The notes beneath the pieces are model-generated. The model was not told where the DNA came from, ran no database searches, and was given only the letters and a program-made list of their open reading frames with translations. 64,000 bases of DNA from Octopus vulgaris (lineage: Eukaryota), in the NCBI GenBank assembly GCA_951406725.2, contig OX597815.1, forward strand, positions 88,412,001 to 88,476,000. Reading direction: 5' to 3'. Shown here piece by piece: positions 50,130-63,836 of the stretch. Position 1 is the stretch's first letter; the number at the start of each line of letters is the position of its first letter. The position numbers and the translations under genes are program-made.

Positions 50130-53100
50130 CGTGGGAGGTAGAGTCGATAAGTGTATCGATATGTTGTTGGGCTATAAACTGATATATTGGCAGTTCGTTT
50201 TATGATCAGAAATCTAATGTATCGATGGCAGAGACACTTATTAATAAGTGGCTCGGTCCACCAAGCTGTACATAGGCTCCACAAAATTGCATACAGCTGC
50301 ATCAATATCAATTTATTATAGCTAAACAAGTCAAATTAAAATTAATTTAGTGCGTAATGCAGACCTGAACATAGGATGTTTGCCGGCATCTTACATTATG
50401 CGGTTACTAGTTAATATAATACCAGTCCACTTTTGTATGATAATTTAACATAAATAATGATTTGATCTGTCCCATTCTACTTTTCAATAAAGCAAATATT
50501 CAGTAAAGATTATTTGCCAACATAAGTACTGTTACTGAATGTCTCTCGTTGAGAGATTTAGAAATAATAATGTTTCAAATATTTAGTCTTTAGAATCTAT
50601 TCGCCATGCTGAAAACAGAATGCAATAGATCGATTAATTTATACGAAGTTGTCACACGCAAGTAGAAAAACGGGTAATATATTTTTGACTGTCGATTGCA
50701 TAATGTAAACTACCAACCAACACCCTCTTCCACAGCCGGGTCTAGATACATTACTGAGACCTTTTCAACCTCGTTTACTTGACTAGCGTCCCTAGAAAAA
50801 GGACAGATTTCTCCTAATGTTAAGCTAAGAGAAATTAATATAAAGAGAAAGTGGTTGGTTCAGTAGAGTTGGTGAGAATCTCCTGTAGTCGAAAATGTCC
50901 AACTGATGGTGGATGTTTCTGTATGAAGAGCTTAACACAGAACGAGAGGTTGTAGAGTTGCTGTCACACTGAAAGGATATAAGACCACCGGTACATAACA
51001 CTTCACTTTCATTTCTATTGCACAGCTCTCACATTACTCAGATTATCTGCTAATGGCTTTTGTCCCCACTCTCTCTACGTAAATCCATCTCATTATCGCT
51101 TTCATTCACAATTTCGCCTTTTAGACATCACTCTTCCTAGTATTCTGTCTCTGAAGAAGGACAAATATCTTAAACGTTTGATTATTTTACTCGTTACGCA
51201 ATCAATACACTGAACTTTTCAACGAACTCTCTTTTGATGATTTTACGATAATGTGGAACACTTTTTAGAGCATTGATGTGGACATTCATCCAGTTAGAAA
51301 TAGCTTCCAAATGCCATCACTTCATGGTCTACCGTTTTAAAAAGCCGACTGACTTTATTGGATAACAATCATAAAAATATTATGCTCAAAAAGAGTCCGG
51401 GTGGTCATCTCCCAAATCCAATCAGTTAGTGCTACAGCGAGGATTTGTAAAACGTTCCACTGATTCTCCACTTTTCTGGAATGAGCAGATACAATCACAT
51501 GCGTTCATATAACATACACACAAAGTAAACACAGTTTACTAAGGGAATGTGTATACCCTTTACATAATTATGCCTACAAGAGAACAATGATAGATAATGC
51601 AACCATAAATGTGTAGCAAACTGCTGTATATTTAGAATTTGTTTCTTCACGATGTAGTAACTTGCAGCACATTTGATTGTGATGACGTCATTGGATTGGG
51701 TCATCATTTAGTTGTGAAGTCTGGTTCACCATAGGGATCTCTGATGTTGGCCAATGACAGGCCACCACAACTTTAAGTTCAAAATCGACCTGTCTTGTTT
51801 TTAATACTTCGTTGACTGGTTTTCAACAAATCCAAGGCTAGGGGTTTTTGACCCTGAATGTAGAAAAGTATAAATAGTAGTGATTAACACCCATTGTCAG
51901 ACTTCACTTCACAGGCAAACGAATGCACGTCAGTTTCATCTATTTTTTGTTCTGTCTCACCATTATTTATTTGTTCTCATCAAACATAAAATCTATTACG
52001 CGTTACATATGTTAACTAGCTCTTCTTAAGCATTTCTCTTCAAGAACTATGTTTAAAACATTTCTGTCCAGGTTACATTTTTACATTACAAACTTCTAAT
52101 CGAATAGAATCGAATATCATATTGCATATATTGTGACTATTCTTCGTCAGCATTTTGAGTTTACAAAGGCAAAATACGTTCACAAAGACAAAATACATTA
52201 GTTTTCTGCTCATATCGTATTTGATGTTGGTCACAAATCAAGATATGTTGAAAGCTTGAACGTCATAAATTCCGAACCACTTGTTATATAGATAAAACGA
52301 AATTCACAGTAAGAACTATAAAAAGCTAATTTACTAAAAATACACTATGAATACATAAATGTTTAAAAAGGTGACTATTGGATAATGTAATCATAAAAAA
52401 ACATTGAAAAAAACAAAAAACAAAAACAAGGTCGAATGCTTTCCCTCATATCTTGCTTCATAACTGCTCAGGGACTAAACAACTTTTACTAAATGAACAT
52501 GAGTAATGTAAAAATATGTGTCTAGAAATATACTAAATCACTAGCAGCAAATTTGAAATCATGAGCCACGATTTATTAGATTATGTATAGTATTAGATGA
52601 ATATTGGTGCCGTTGGTTAAATGATTCTAATGGGTCAATCACTAGTTCATTGCATTTATGGTGGCAACATTAACAAGGGATTTGCTATGCAACTCCAGGC
52701 GGAACGAATACCACAAACATGACTTTTTAGTAAATATTTTTTCATTGAAGTTTGTACATTTCGCCGATGCAAATCAGTACACACACTATCCATACAGAGG
52801 AATAACAAGAAAAAAAATAATAACCCAGCAATTTGGTGAAAACACAATAAATTTAATTTTGTCCTATGGACAAAATCACACATTGTTTAGAGGTCAGCTG
52901 CACACACATTACATTCACGCACACACACACACTTTACATATAAATTTCATACACACACAAATACTTACATACAACAATCTCTGTGCAGTTTCTGTCTACC
53001 AAATTCCACTCAAAAGTATTGGCCAAAGTAAAGTTATGCCAGGAGAAATTATTCAAGGTACCATCTCACAGCGAGATTGAAGCCAGAACCATATGGTTAA

Positions 53101-53149
53101 GAAGTGAACTTCTTCACCATACAATACTTGCGCTAATAGCCCACCTCAT

Positions 53150-54360
53150 CTTACCAACTCTCCTCTCCGTTAGAATATTCGACCATAGTTTAACTGAATA
53201 ATTTTCAACCTGATCCCATCTCCAAGTTGACCTTGTATCGAGATCATTAATTAGAAAGCTCCTGGCAAATGCAACCTAATTTTGATTAGTAAGTACATGC
53301 AATTTCTCTTCCTAGCATTAACGCTCCTGATAAACGTATGAATATCTAATCTTTGCTTATCGATCCATTCTATTATATTTTGAAACCCTATTTATGGAAG
53401 TAGAGAATTAATATACTTGCAACCAAACTATGCTCAAATGCAATGTTCTCTTCGAATCAAGTGAAATCAAATATTGTTACTGAAACTAAAGATTGAGATA
53501 GCATTTGCGGCTCTAGTTACACGATTTAAGAAATTATTTGGAGCCAACGACAGAGCAACTACGATCAATTTGCTTCCTACCATCTCAAAAAAAGAGGCAT
53601 GTAGTCCTGCATACATTATACCCGAGTGCAAAATGGGATGGTCACAGCTTGAGCACATTTGATCAAAGGATTGCTGCATCAGAGCTGATCTCGGACAAAC
53701 CAAAACTAGAAATTATTCCACATTTTAATATAAACGTTAAAAATATTTGTGAAAGCGCGACAAGCCGAGTAATTATAGTACTCGCAGTTTATCCCACTGA
53801 AATGTTGACGGTTCGAATTATGTTGACATTTCATTTGATGTTCCTTTGAAACACTAGTCTTAATGCACCTAGTTGTGAATATTCACCGCAAAGCAGAATC
53901 AAGTCACTGCTACAGCGCTGTTAATTTGACATGTTTCCCCGAATGTCATCTTTATATCTGTGGGTATAGCTAGGAGATGAAGACTTGTTCTATATGAAGT
54001 CTTTGAAGATAAAGATTCATTAGTGTCCCTATGGTTAAATCAGTCATGGGATTCGTTTCTAAAGTGATGATTTACGTCATTATTTGATGATTACGTTTGA
54101 ACAACGATATTTCCTTTAAACTCCGCATTGCATTCGCCTTACTAATTCCTACAATTTGTACTCCACCTCTCTTGTTAAACTAAGCACCAAGAATTACGCA
54201 CAATCCTTCATTTATTGCGCTGCCAGTCCATAGAATATATTTCTCTTCTACGCATTCTTTCAATACATTAACCTTAAATTTCTCAACCTTCCCATTAACC
54301 GCTGCAATCTCATAAACACTCTTCTCTACCTTTGATTCACGAGTGCTGTCCATGGACTAT
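53150..54360 (+). mobile_element. Highly decayed LINE ORF2 C-terminal remnant (L2/Jockey-group-like)
   Basis: Only faint similarity: KWDGHSLSTFDQRIAASELISD resembles the post-RT W..A....LD.IQ..A..LI motif. Confidence 0.25.
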
Positions 54361-55939
54361 GGGCAATATTTTTTTCCTTTTACATCGGAAACAGCGATAA
54401 TAATCAGAATATTTAGAATAATTTTCTTAATGCATCAATACACATGATATGCATATTCCATTATCAATCGAATTAATAATAAATACAGCATCGATCAAAA
54501 TCGACCAAAGCGTTTGGCAAAATCTTAATCTAATATGTAAATTATTAGGTGAAATTCCTAATTTAATATAATTTGCAAATGTGCTTTCATATTTTTCTTA
54601 ATGAAGGCTATTCCATTCAAACTCAGTTTTTATTGCAGCAATAGGAAGTAATTTTTTTTTTGTTAAGTGGATGAATAAGGGTAGAGGGAATGTTTCAATG
54701 GAGATGTGAGAAGGCGCAATGACTAAACGATGCTAAAATAGCATGAATAGTTGTACATTTATATTTGGAAATACACACACACACACACACACAGAGTTCT
54801 AGAAGAGAAACATCAGGAGCAATGTATTTAGTACGGCTAAAAATGAAGTTACATTCTTTATTCGTAATGATACATTGGAGAGTGTGGCCCTTTAAAATAG
54901 CTAGCAAGTTCAGGAAGATATCGGTCGTACTAGTAGAAATAGGAAAACATACGTCACAATATTTCTGAGCTGAGAGTTACATAGAATTTGATTTGAAATA
55001 TTAAATTACTATAAGTTAATTTATGGACGAAGTAGTACTATGATTTAAAGGCGAATTAGCTGGTATTTCTAGCTAGTCGAACAAAAATGTGGCTCGAATT
55101 AGAATGAAGTTCCTGGCCCCGTGTAGTGTTGTACAGTTCAGCGACACGTTGGGTAATAGTGTGACAGAGAATAGTGAAAAGTCGTGTAGTAATGTAGTCA
55201 CATGGATGTGACCTCAAGTCGATATTAGTCACTATTACAAAACTGTAACTCATTCCGATATTTCTGCAATAGTTGGTAACTGGTCTATTTTGTAGCAGTC
55301 GAATTTTGATATATGGTTTTCTCTAATGGTAAAATCAAAGTCAGATCATTCCTGATGTACTGTATATTTTATAGAAGAGAAAAAATATTGAAGCATTACT
55401 AACTCAGGATTTTGTGTTTTCGTGTAACGCAATATAGTGTAGTAGTGAAGAAGTGTTGTTTATTGTCAGGTCAGCCCGGATTGAATAAACAAGATCAAAA
55501 GCATTCCAGCTTTGATCATTCTATCTTTCTGGAAGTATCGCGGATTACATTATACAATGTATATTTTTTGTTTAAAGGCAGTAAATCATGATTCGAGGGA
55601 ATTTGGTTTTTATTTCCAGCAGGGTGAATTTTCACGTAGATCAGTGGTTAACCTGGAAAGTGTCATCTTGCCAGCTTTGAGGGGATTGCAAGGGGCGCTA
55701 TGGGGGACATTGGTGTTTAAAAAGGGTTGCGATTTTTTTTTAGAAAACATAACCTAGTTCAATGTTTATATTTTAGATATTTTCACTAATTATTTAAAAT
55801 TAGTTTTTGTATTTCGTCGTCTTCAGTAAGAGACAATACTCTATAAAAATACCGAAAATGAAACCCGTCTCTCACCTCTTGGATCAGTAGTTTATCAGAT
55901 AATACTCCTGTATGTGTTGTCAGTTTTTTCTGCCCTTCA

Positions 55940-56510
55940 TTCTATCAAATCCGGTGTGCCCCCACCCAGGCTTCAGTCTTGTCCTCCACTCCCTTTTATA
56001 CATCAATGACTTATATGCTGCAACATCTGACAACACCCACTATTATGTAGATGAGACTTACATTTCCCGGTCATGCATTATGCATACCCAACCTAGATGC
56101 TACACACTATGAACAGAGATGTGAAAAGCATCCGCCAACAGGCTTATATCAATTTTGTCTCAACAGCAAGAAAAAGTCATACCCCCTTTTAAATATGGAC
56201 AGCACTTAACTAGACTCCTCAAAATCGTTTACCTGGCCAAAGCTAAACGCAAGTAATGGCCCTTCATTTTAGAGTCAGAAGATATTCCAACTACGAACAG
56301 GAGAAGGCCACAATGCAGTATTGATCTCGCAACTGGGTCGGTGCTGTTGCTACACACAAACATCCGAGACGGAATCCAGAAAAATGTCACTTGATTGACT
56401 GGCATAAATTTACTCACAGACTTTCGAATCTGATTTACCGGTTCACTGTCCCCATTTATATCTTTTTTATAATGACCTCTGTTTTTCGGGTCTCTGTGGA
56501 CTCTTGCTAT
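55940..56510 (+). mobile_element. Decayed LINE reverse transcriptase (L2/CR1/Jockey group)
   Basis: Frameshifted GVP.Q.SVLS..LLYINDL..TSDNTHYYVDET (YADD region), then RPQCS/W.GAVATH/DGIQK-like motifs. Confidence 0.65.
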
Positions 56511-57091
56511 CTCCATTCCAGGCCTGCTCGATTGTCCCTCCTTTCATCACCCATGTTTCCTACGCCTATTCCTTCCTTCCCAGAATGTCGGCCCTTTAGA
56601 ATTCCCTCTCTGCTCATATTTCCAGCTGGTGTGATAGATAAAGGTTTAAGGAAAGCATTAATAGTGTAAATCTTACTACTCTTGGAGGGCATGCATAAGT
56701 TATTGACAATACCCCTTACTCAAGACCAAGCAAATAGAAAAATAACTCCCCAAAGCTGAAGAATGGGATGATGTAAGAAAATACTGATAAGCTATTGTGC
56801 AAAATTAACTTCTGTTTGATTAAAATAATCTAATATATTTTTTCAACTCATGAGGAGGTATTTATAGGACGACTTCCGTGAAGGTAGGCATTGAACTACA
56901 AAATTCAGAATTAAAGCCATAGAGACTCTCCTTACAGTAAAAGTGTCGTGTACAAGTAACAAAGCCGTCGACGTGACTCTAATAAGTATACTTAAGGAAG
57001 TAAAATACACACTAATTCATATATTTAGTAAAGTTATGAAAGAAAAATACAGAAACAACAACGAAAAACAGTGTTTCTCTCGCACACAAAG

Positions 57092-57144
<53 letters not shown>

Positions 57145-57919
57145 TGTGTGTGTATGCGTGCGTGCGTGCGTGTGTTAAAATTTAATTTAGACTTTCTGTA
57201 ATTCGCTTTGCTTCAAAAACGCGAACAGATTTTATTTTTATTTGTTTTTAGTATGTATATACTTTAATTTCTTCTGATAAACAAAAAATCAAAAATTAAT
57301 AAAGGAAAGAAAAGATAGTCTAGAATGTATGTTGTAGGTGGGGGAACTAAGTAAGTAACGATATTTTGGAACACCAATTTCATATGAAAATTGAATAATT
57401 TTGAAAGTGTTAAAGAAAAATTGTAAATTCATTGACTAATGAATGAAACTATGGAAATTAAAATAATAATAATAATGATGATGATGATGGTGGTGAACAA
57501 AAATTGTAGCGTAGGAAACTACTTTCTTTCGATATGATTTTGTATTTATAATTGCTTTAATCTGTATAACTAAATTATGTAAAGTAGATTTACTGTCTAC
57601 CAGTAATTCCACATACATACATACATACATACATACATACATACATACATACATACATACGCACGCATACAAAGAAACAAGTATCTACATTCTTGCATGC
57701 AGTACGCGTACATGCGTTTGCACAAACTACCGACATAGCAGGTTACAACTGTGATTGACAGACAACAACACTAAATTAGCGAGCGCTGTAAGGCTATTAT
57801 GTTTAGAACGATAAATAAAATATTTACAATCAGTATAGTGTGAAGTAAGCCGCTACATAACATCCTCTCAAGAAAAGCACGCTTAAAAGACGTAACGTAG
57901 GCGAAAGTATGGACACTTC

Positions 57920-58000
57920 TCTAAAGAGCGCGGGAAAAGGCAGGTTCCTCGTGAAGAGGCGGGAGAAGGCAACTTCTTCGCGAAGAGCGCGAGAAACGGC
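57920..58000. promoter_or_regulatory. CpG-rich triple ~30-bp repeat with E2F-like sites
   Basis: GCGCGGGAAA (57928-57937), GGCGGGAGAA (57958-57967) and GCGCGAGAAA (57987-57996) in an AT-rich background. Confidence 0.35.
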
Positions 58001-60134
58001 AGACAGTTCACGAAAAAGTGAAAAGTGTGGGATAAGTTTCCATAATCAAACAAGAGTAAAAATGCAAAAGTTGTGGTGTTTATTAGTTTTGAATTAGCAT
58101 ATCAATAAGTGCAATAACATTTTATTATATGTATTTGAAACTTAAAGAAAGAAACTCTGATCTGGTCACTTAAGCTAGAGCAATGATGATGATTATAAGT
58201 TCTCGAGAAGCAAGTTAAATATTCCATTAGATTCAACATGAAGAGGAAATGGCACAACCCAAGAGATATACATAGATAATTACTATAGTATGAAGTCAAC
58301 CTAGTTTCGGTTCCTGTATACTGTATAGCGTTACGTTAATTAAAATATAAAGGTGCGCTTAGCTAAAGGCAAAAGCAAAACATAATAATTCATTCAACAA
58401 AGTTTTCTAGATGTTCTCGAGTCTGAATCACGTTTTGATTTTCTTTTCCTTCTTTAGTCAGATATACATTTTAACATGGGATATATTTTTCTCTGAAACT
58501 AAACTTTTTCTGTTTTGATATATTTTTCTAGTAAAATTGTGTTTACATTTGGACAAATAAGTGTTGTTTTTGCCGAAAGCCACTTATAACGGAAAGTCTC
58601 CAATATCATAGTTTTCATCTGAGAGTACGCATTATATCATCACATCTTTTTCTTCTAGCACAGATATTCAAATTATTTATTGAAAGAACAAACTTCATTG
58701 GACGATTGAAATGTGTTTTCTCAATGGTAGGAAATGGTATTCGAATAGTTGAATTCCCATTGTCATTTGTTCATATGAATTATTAAATAACAACATGAGC
58801 ATATATTCTGGTATTCCTCTCTCCTTTATGACTTCAGAATTTGCGTTAATAGATAAGCTAAAGGCAGTTTCACTTAGAAATTTATGAAGGTGTTTTATCA
58901 AGCACAACTGTTGTACAGTTGAAATCGACAACACAAATTCAAGAAGAAAAAAGTAACAAACAAAAACAAGTCAAGCAGAACCTTTTCTTTTATAGGCATG
59001 GTGTGGTTCATAATACAGAATATATTCATATATTCGGAAAATGTTTTGAATCACATTTACATAAAATATTTGTTCGTAAAGTTGCAAGATGCTCCAGGCA
59101 ATAAATATTCACAAATTTAAATTATAAAATTTCTGAGCCCAAGCATGTAATTAATTTTCAATATCAAGATAATTTACAAAATGTTTACAGATCATGTGAA
59201 TACAACCTAAAGATGTTTTCTTAGCTATTATTTAAAAAAAAAAATCTGCAAATCAGAGATAATCATATCAAAACATGATTTGAACTTCTGATTAACTATT
59301 CTATCTTTATATATTCTGAGTAGATGATACTTGGAAACTTTGGAAACAATCCCCTTTGGTTACAATTTGCGCCACTATAATATTTATCTATTCGAGTCTA
59401 AATGCGGATGAAAAGAGACAGCTCAATACAAAAATTTAATTGACAAAACAATTACATTTACTGTCAACAGCAAGCATATTATCACTGAAGGAACATAAAT
59501 GTACAAACATAAAAGTTTAGCTAATTGAAACATTAGTGACAATAGCATTTTCTTACATTGATACAAAATTTAACGGAAGATTGTCACACTTCTCTCAAAA
59601 GTGAAAGATATTCATAGAAAATAATTTATGCTAGGAACAGAAAGGGTCCGGCAATACCTTTCTCCGCGAATTTATTACATTATCAAAGGAATTGCTACTT
59701 CTGGCAAGAATAAAACCCTACGTATTATTAAAAAGAGAATGATGCAATTCAAATTTGATGCAATACTTTTCTCCATAGTATGTCTCGTCCAGATACGGAT
59801 ATTCAAAATAATATCCCGTTCAGATTTGATTTAGTAACTTTCGCTGTGGTGGGTTTCAGTCAGTTACAATTATCATCTGAAGTAATAACTCGTATTATCC
59901 ATGGATGAGCCCATTTCTAATATCCAGTCACACTGACTGCATTTCAATTCCCAACCTCCTTAATAGCTAGTTCATTCTGCTGCCTTTTCATTAAAAATTT
60001 CCCTCCAAACTAGTAACTCGCAACATTCCGGAATGAATATTAACTTCACTACTATTCCTCAATTTAGAAGGAGGAAAATGGCTTTGCATAAATATAAACA
60101 ATAAAAGATGACCACGAATAAAAGAAACACTCAC

Positions 60135-60531
60135 CAGTTACAGCAGAAAATGCTTGTAAATCAGGTTGCGCGCCACATAAATTTGGTCGATCTGTTAAAT
60201 TAGGATCCTCTGAAGACATTTCCCAAGGACTTACACTGTCTGATCCTCCTCTTTCTGATCGTACTTCGCTTAGGAGCTTCAACGCTGTTGAATAGCCGTG
60301 GGAAAATTTTTGAAACTCAACAGCTACAGTTTCAAGCCGTACAGAGTTGCAGGGTAGACCACTCATACGTAGAAGAGATTTGTAATCTCGAAGTACATTT
60401 TTATCGTCTTCTGCTCTTTGACGCAGTTCAGAAAGAAGCTTTTGAAAAGATTCACATTTTGTGGCTGGTTCAATTATAGACAAAAGGGATGTGTTGTGGA
60501 ATATACGTGTTTCCAGTTCAGCACTTGTTAC
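60135..60531 (-). CDS. Internal coding exon of an unidentified host gene (VTSAELETRIF...LQAFSAVT), phase 0 to phase 1
   Basis: 397-nt stop-free frame bounded by acceptor tttcattgcAG and donor GTGAGT on the minus strand. The peptide is complex, partly helical (QKLLSELRQRAEDDKNVLRDYKSLLR) and has no TE motifs. Family not recognised. Confidence 0.75.
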
Positions 60532-62334
60532 CTGCAATGAAAGTAATATAAATATATGAATATTAAAATAATAGATTTATGTAAAATTTTAGTCAAAGAA
60601 TAAGGTCAGTTTTGCAATGAATGGATATATAGGATTGCTTTCATATCAATATATTACTGGCATGCATTTTATCGACTTCAAAAGATGTCGAATCCAGTAG
60701 TATTGAATCCCTTAATACGATTTCAAACTATATCCAGCATTCATTAATTTCTTAGAAATGTCCTCAGACTTAGAACAAGGATTCCTTATAAGATTCGGAT
60801 TTAGAGAGTAGAGTGAACTGGTTGTGGCATTTATACTCGCCCAGAAGACATGAATTGTGTTAACTGAAATAGTTATAAGTAAGAAAAATCTAGAACTAAA
60901 AAAAATAATAATCCACCATCCCAGAAAGGAATAAATTATTCAAGACAAAAATGTATAGTTGATTGAATCATATCAGTACTTTTTAAACAAATTCACGTAT
61001 AAAGGGTATAAAAAACACATTGGGTAATGTAGTCTTGGATATACAAAATAACAAAACGGTCATTCCGTACCTGCTATATTAGAATTGAACAGAAGTTACA
61101 TAAAGAATAGCATAGACATTACAAAGAAGATAACTCTGTTGAAAATAAAATAAACAGTGCAACTGCCTGCCTCTCTCTGTAACAGAAATTTGAATCAAGC
61201 CCGGATTAGCCGTTAAGCAAAATAAGCATTGGAAAAAAAGTTGAAACTAAATATTGTTGAAACTAAACTTGCAATTCCCCGAGTTTACCTTATTAGAATT
61301 GAGACGCGTTTCAGAAATTCTTAGAGAATAATAATTCCCTAGGAAATACTGAAACACGCCTCAATAATAATCTTTTCTGCTATAGGCACAAGGACTTAAA
61401 TTTTGGCAGTAGGGAACAGTTGATTACATCAACCCCAGTGTTTGACTGGTGCTTATTTTAGCCATCTCGATAGGATGAATGGCAAATCGACCTCGACAGC
61501 CTTTGAACTCAGAACGTAAAGATGGACAAAATGCTACCAACAGTTCTGCCAGCTCACCGCATTAAAATGATGAGGGTTATAAATAACAGTCTTTAAAATA
61601 TCTGTGTACCATACTTAACATATATACACTATTTAAAGGTATGATGCAGTGGTTTTTGTTTGAGAGAAAATTTCTTCGTAGATATTTTGTGTAAAAAACA
61701 ATATATATCGGAGCCAGACAAACATTATCTCAGCGGTGACTTGTTACATGCCTAAACAAAATTTATCCTCCCCGATATATTGAAAATGAATAATACTTTC
61801 ATTGATTTTGTGGAAGGCTTGTAGGGATGAAATAAACTCGGAGTACGCAATCGAAACAGAATTAAGTTAAAATAATCACTTGTGTATCATATTCAACGTA
61901 TAAACACCATTTCAATGGCGTTTATACGTATGTGCTATATACAAGAGGCAAACATCTCAGTGACTCAGAACTATTCTCTAAGACAGAAACCACAGAATCA
62001 TGCCTTTCAATAACATCAATATCGAGTTACTGAGCATTTCGAAAGATGATCAGAAATTATAACTATAGCGTACATAAGCTTCTGCTTAGGTACCTAAATG
62101 TTTTCTAGGGGAATTAAGAAGAGCAGTCAACAATCACTGAAACAATCAGTCACAACACTTGCCCTCTTTTTCTGCACATCAAAAGCAGAGAATATATTTA
62201 CATTCTTGTACTTGTCTCACAGCTAAGCGTTCTAATATCTGAATTTATATCTTAAGCCTCTTGATTAACATTCTGTTGTTCCTGACTTTAAGGGTATCGC
62301 GAAAGGCTTGATTGAGGTTCAAGCTTACGAATAC

Positions 62335-62470
62335 TTTTATAGGGCTTAGAAAAACTGAAGGACCGCTATAATAAGTGTGTGCATCTGAGAGGGGAATATG
62401 TTGAATAAAATCACAATTAACTGATCCTCCTGTATTTTCTTTTACTCAAAGCCAGGAACTTTTTAGCACT
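62335..62470 (+). mobile_element. mariner 3' terminal fragment
   Basis: Near-identical to 33483-33618 (GLEKLKD..LRGEYVE* plus AATCACAATTAACTGATCCTCCTGTATTTTC). Confidence 0.85.
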
Positions 62471-62989
62471 CTGTGACACTGAGTGTGTGTGTGTGTACGC
62501 GCATATATATATATATATACCCAGTGAGCCGTCAAAAGCCCAAACATCGAAATTAAAGATACCAACTACAATAATAACTTAATTTATGACTAATAAATCG
62601 AGTGAATACTGTATATTAATGATTACGAAAAGAAGCCGAGTATGTCTTCTCTGAGGAGCAATGGAATCTTAAACCGGTCCGCCTGGAGACTCCGCTTTTC
62701 CACACGTCAAAAGTGCAGAAAGATTGTACTTGCGTTATTCTATTTCTCTCATAGCTAAGCTTTCTAATAACCATTATTTCAGTTCTTCTGACTCACGATG
62801 TCTTGTGCATAATATATACGTGTGCATATTTAGCACTCACCTACGTATAGATGGAATCTTTATTATGATCAGGACGATCTTATACAGAATGGGACAGCAC
62901 GGGACAAACAAAAACAAAAATGTTCGTATATCATTTAAAAATTTACTAAAATATATTTTATACACGGTTAATTTAACCTTAGACTAGAA

Positions 62990-63775
62990 CTTTTTTTTTT
63001 AACACAAGAAAACAAAGCAAGAAAACGAATAAAAAGATTGAACCCGGCAGCCTATAAGGCCCAGCAACTTTCTTTTCCTTTCGTCAATGATTAAGCTGGG
63101 TTACTAACACCCACCTTTCTCATCACATCCTTCCATCGTTTCTCGTATTCTCTCGGTGGCAGGGTCTTCCTCTCCAACCCAATCTTGCTCTTCAGATGGT
63201 ATCTGAAGTAAGACGGCAAACCGGGGCCAGAGATGAAGGACCTTTTCACAGAAACTTCCATTCTCGTTCTCCACACACAATCTTTCAGTACTGCAACCGT
63301 ACAGTAAAAACATGTCTTACCTTCCATTGTGAGTCCAGTTGGCGGTATCATCTTTATTATAGATTCAGCTGACAGCTGTACTCGCCCCAAATGCGACAGC
63401 ACGTGTTCGACGTAACTTATCAAGCTGGCTAGCTCTCGACATTGTACAATAGCGTGCTGGACAGTTTCATTGTCCAGCCCGCATCTTGGACACGTCGGTG
63501 ACACTGGTATTCCGTGCCTGGATAACTTATCTCGAACAGGTAAAGCGTTCCTATAACACTGCCAGGTCAGGGATTTTTGGAAGTTATCCAAATATCCCGG
63601 CCTGAAAGTTTTTTTGAACAGGTTGGCAAGTTGGTTCTCATCGAACCCCAGAGCCCCTCCTAGTACGTTATCGTTTTTTGCCTCTACTAGCCCTCTATAG
63701 AACACCGAAATGGTATTCCCACTGCCAGCTTTGCCCGTCTTGTGGATCTCATCTACGTATAGATGTACCCACAAT
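62990..63775 (-). mobile_element. 5'-truncated L1/Tx1-clade LINE: ORF2 C-terminus (zf-RVT), 3' UTR and poly(A)
   Basis: Stop-free 227-aa frame with KSLTWQCYRNALPVRDKL..CPRCGLDNETVQHAIVQC..VWRTR, a ~90-nt 3' UTR and a T11 tract at 62990-63000. Confidence 0.85.
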
Positions 63776-63797
63776 CATTGTATGTGCTTAAATATTG

Positions 63798-63836
<39 letters not shown>

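Noticed and set aside
60064-60537. ORF-track 157-aa protein as a standalone gene
   Set aside because: The start is a TTG inside the splice acceptor and the tail runs through a GTGAGT donor into intron; it is an internal exon.
62645-62690. CTGAGGA..AAACCGGTC hammerhead-like motif
   Set aside because: No GAAA and no convincing stems I or II.
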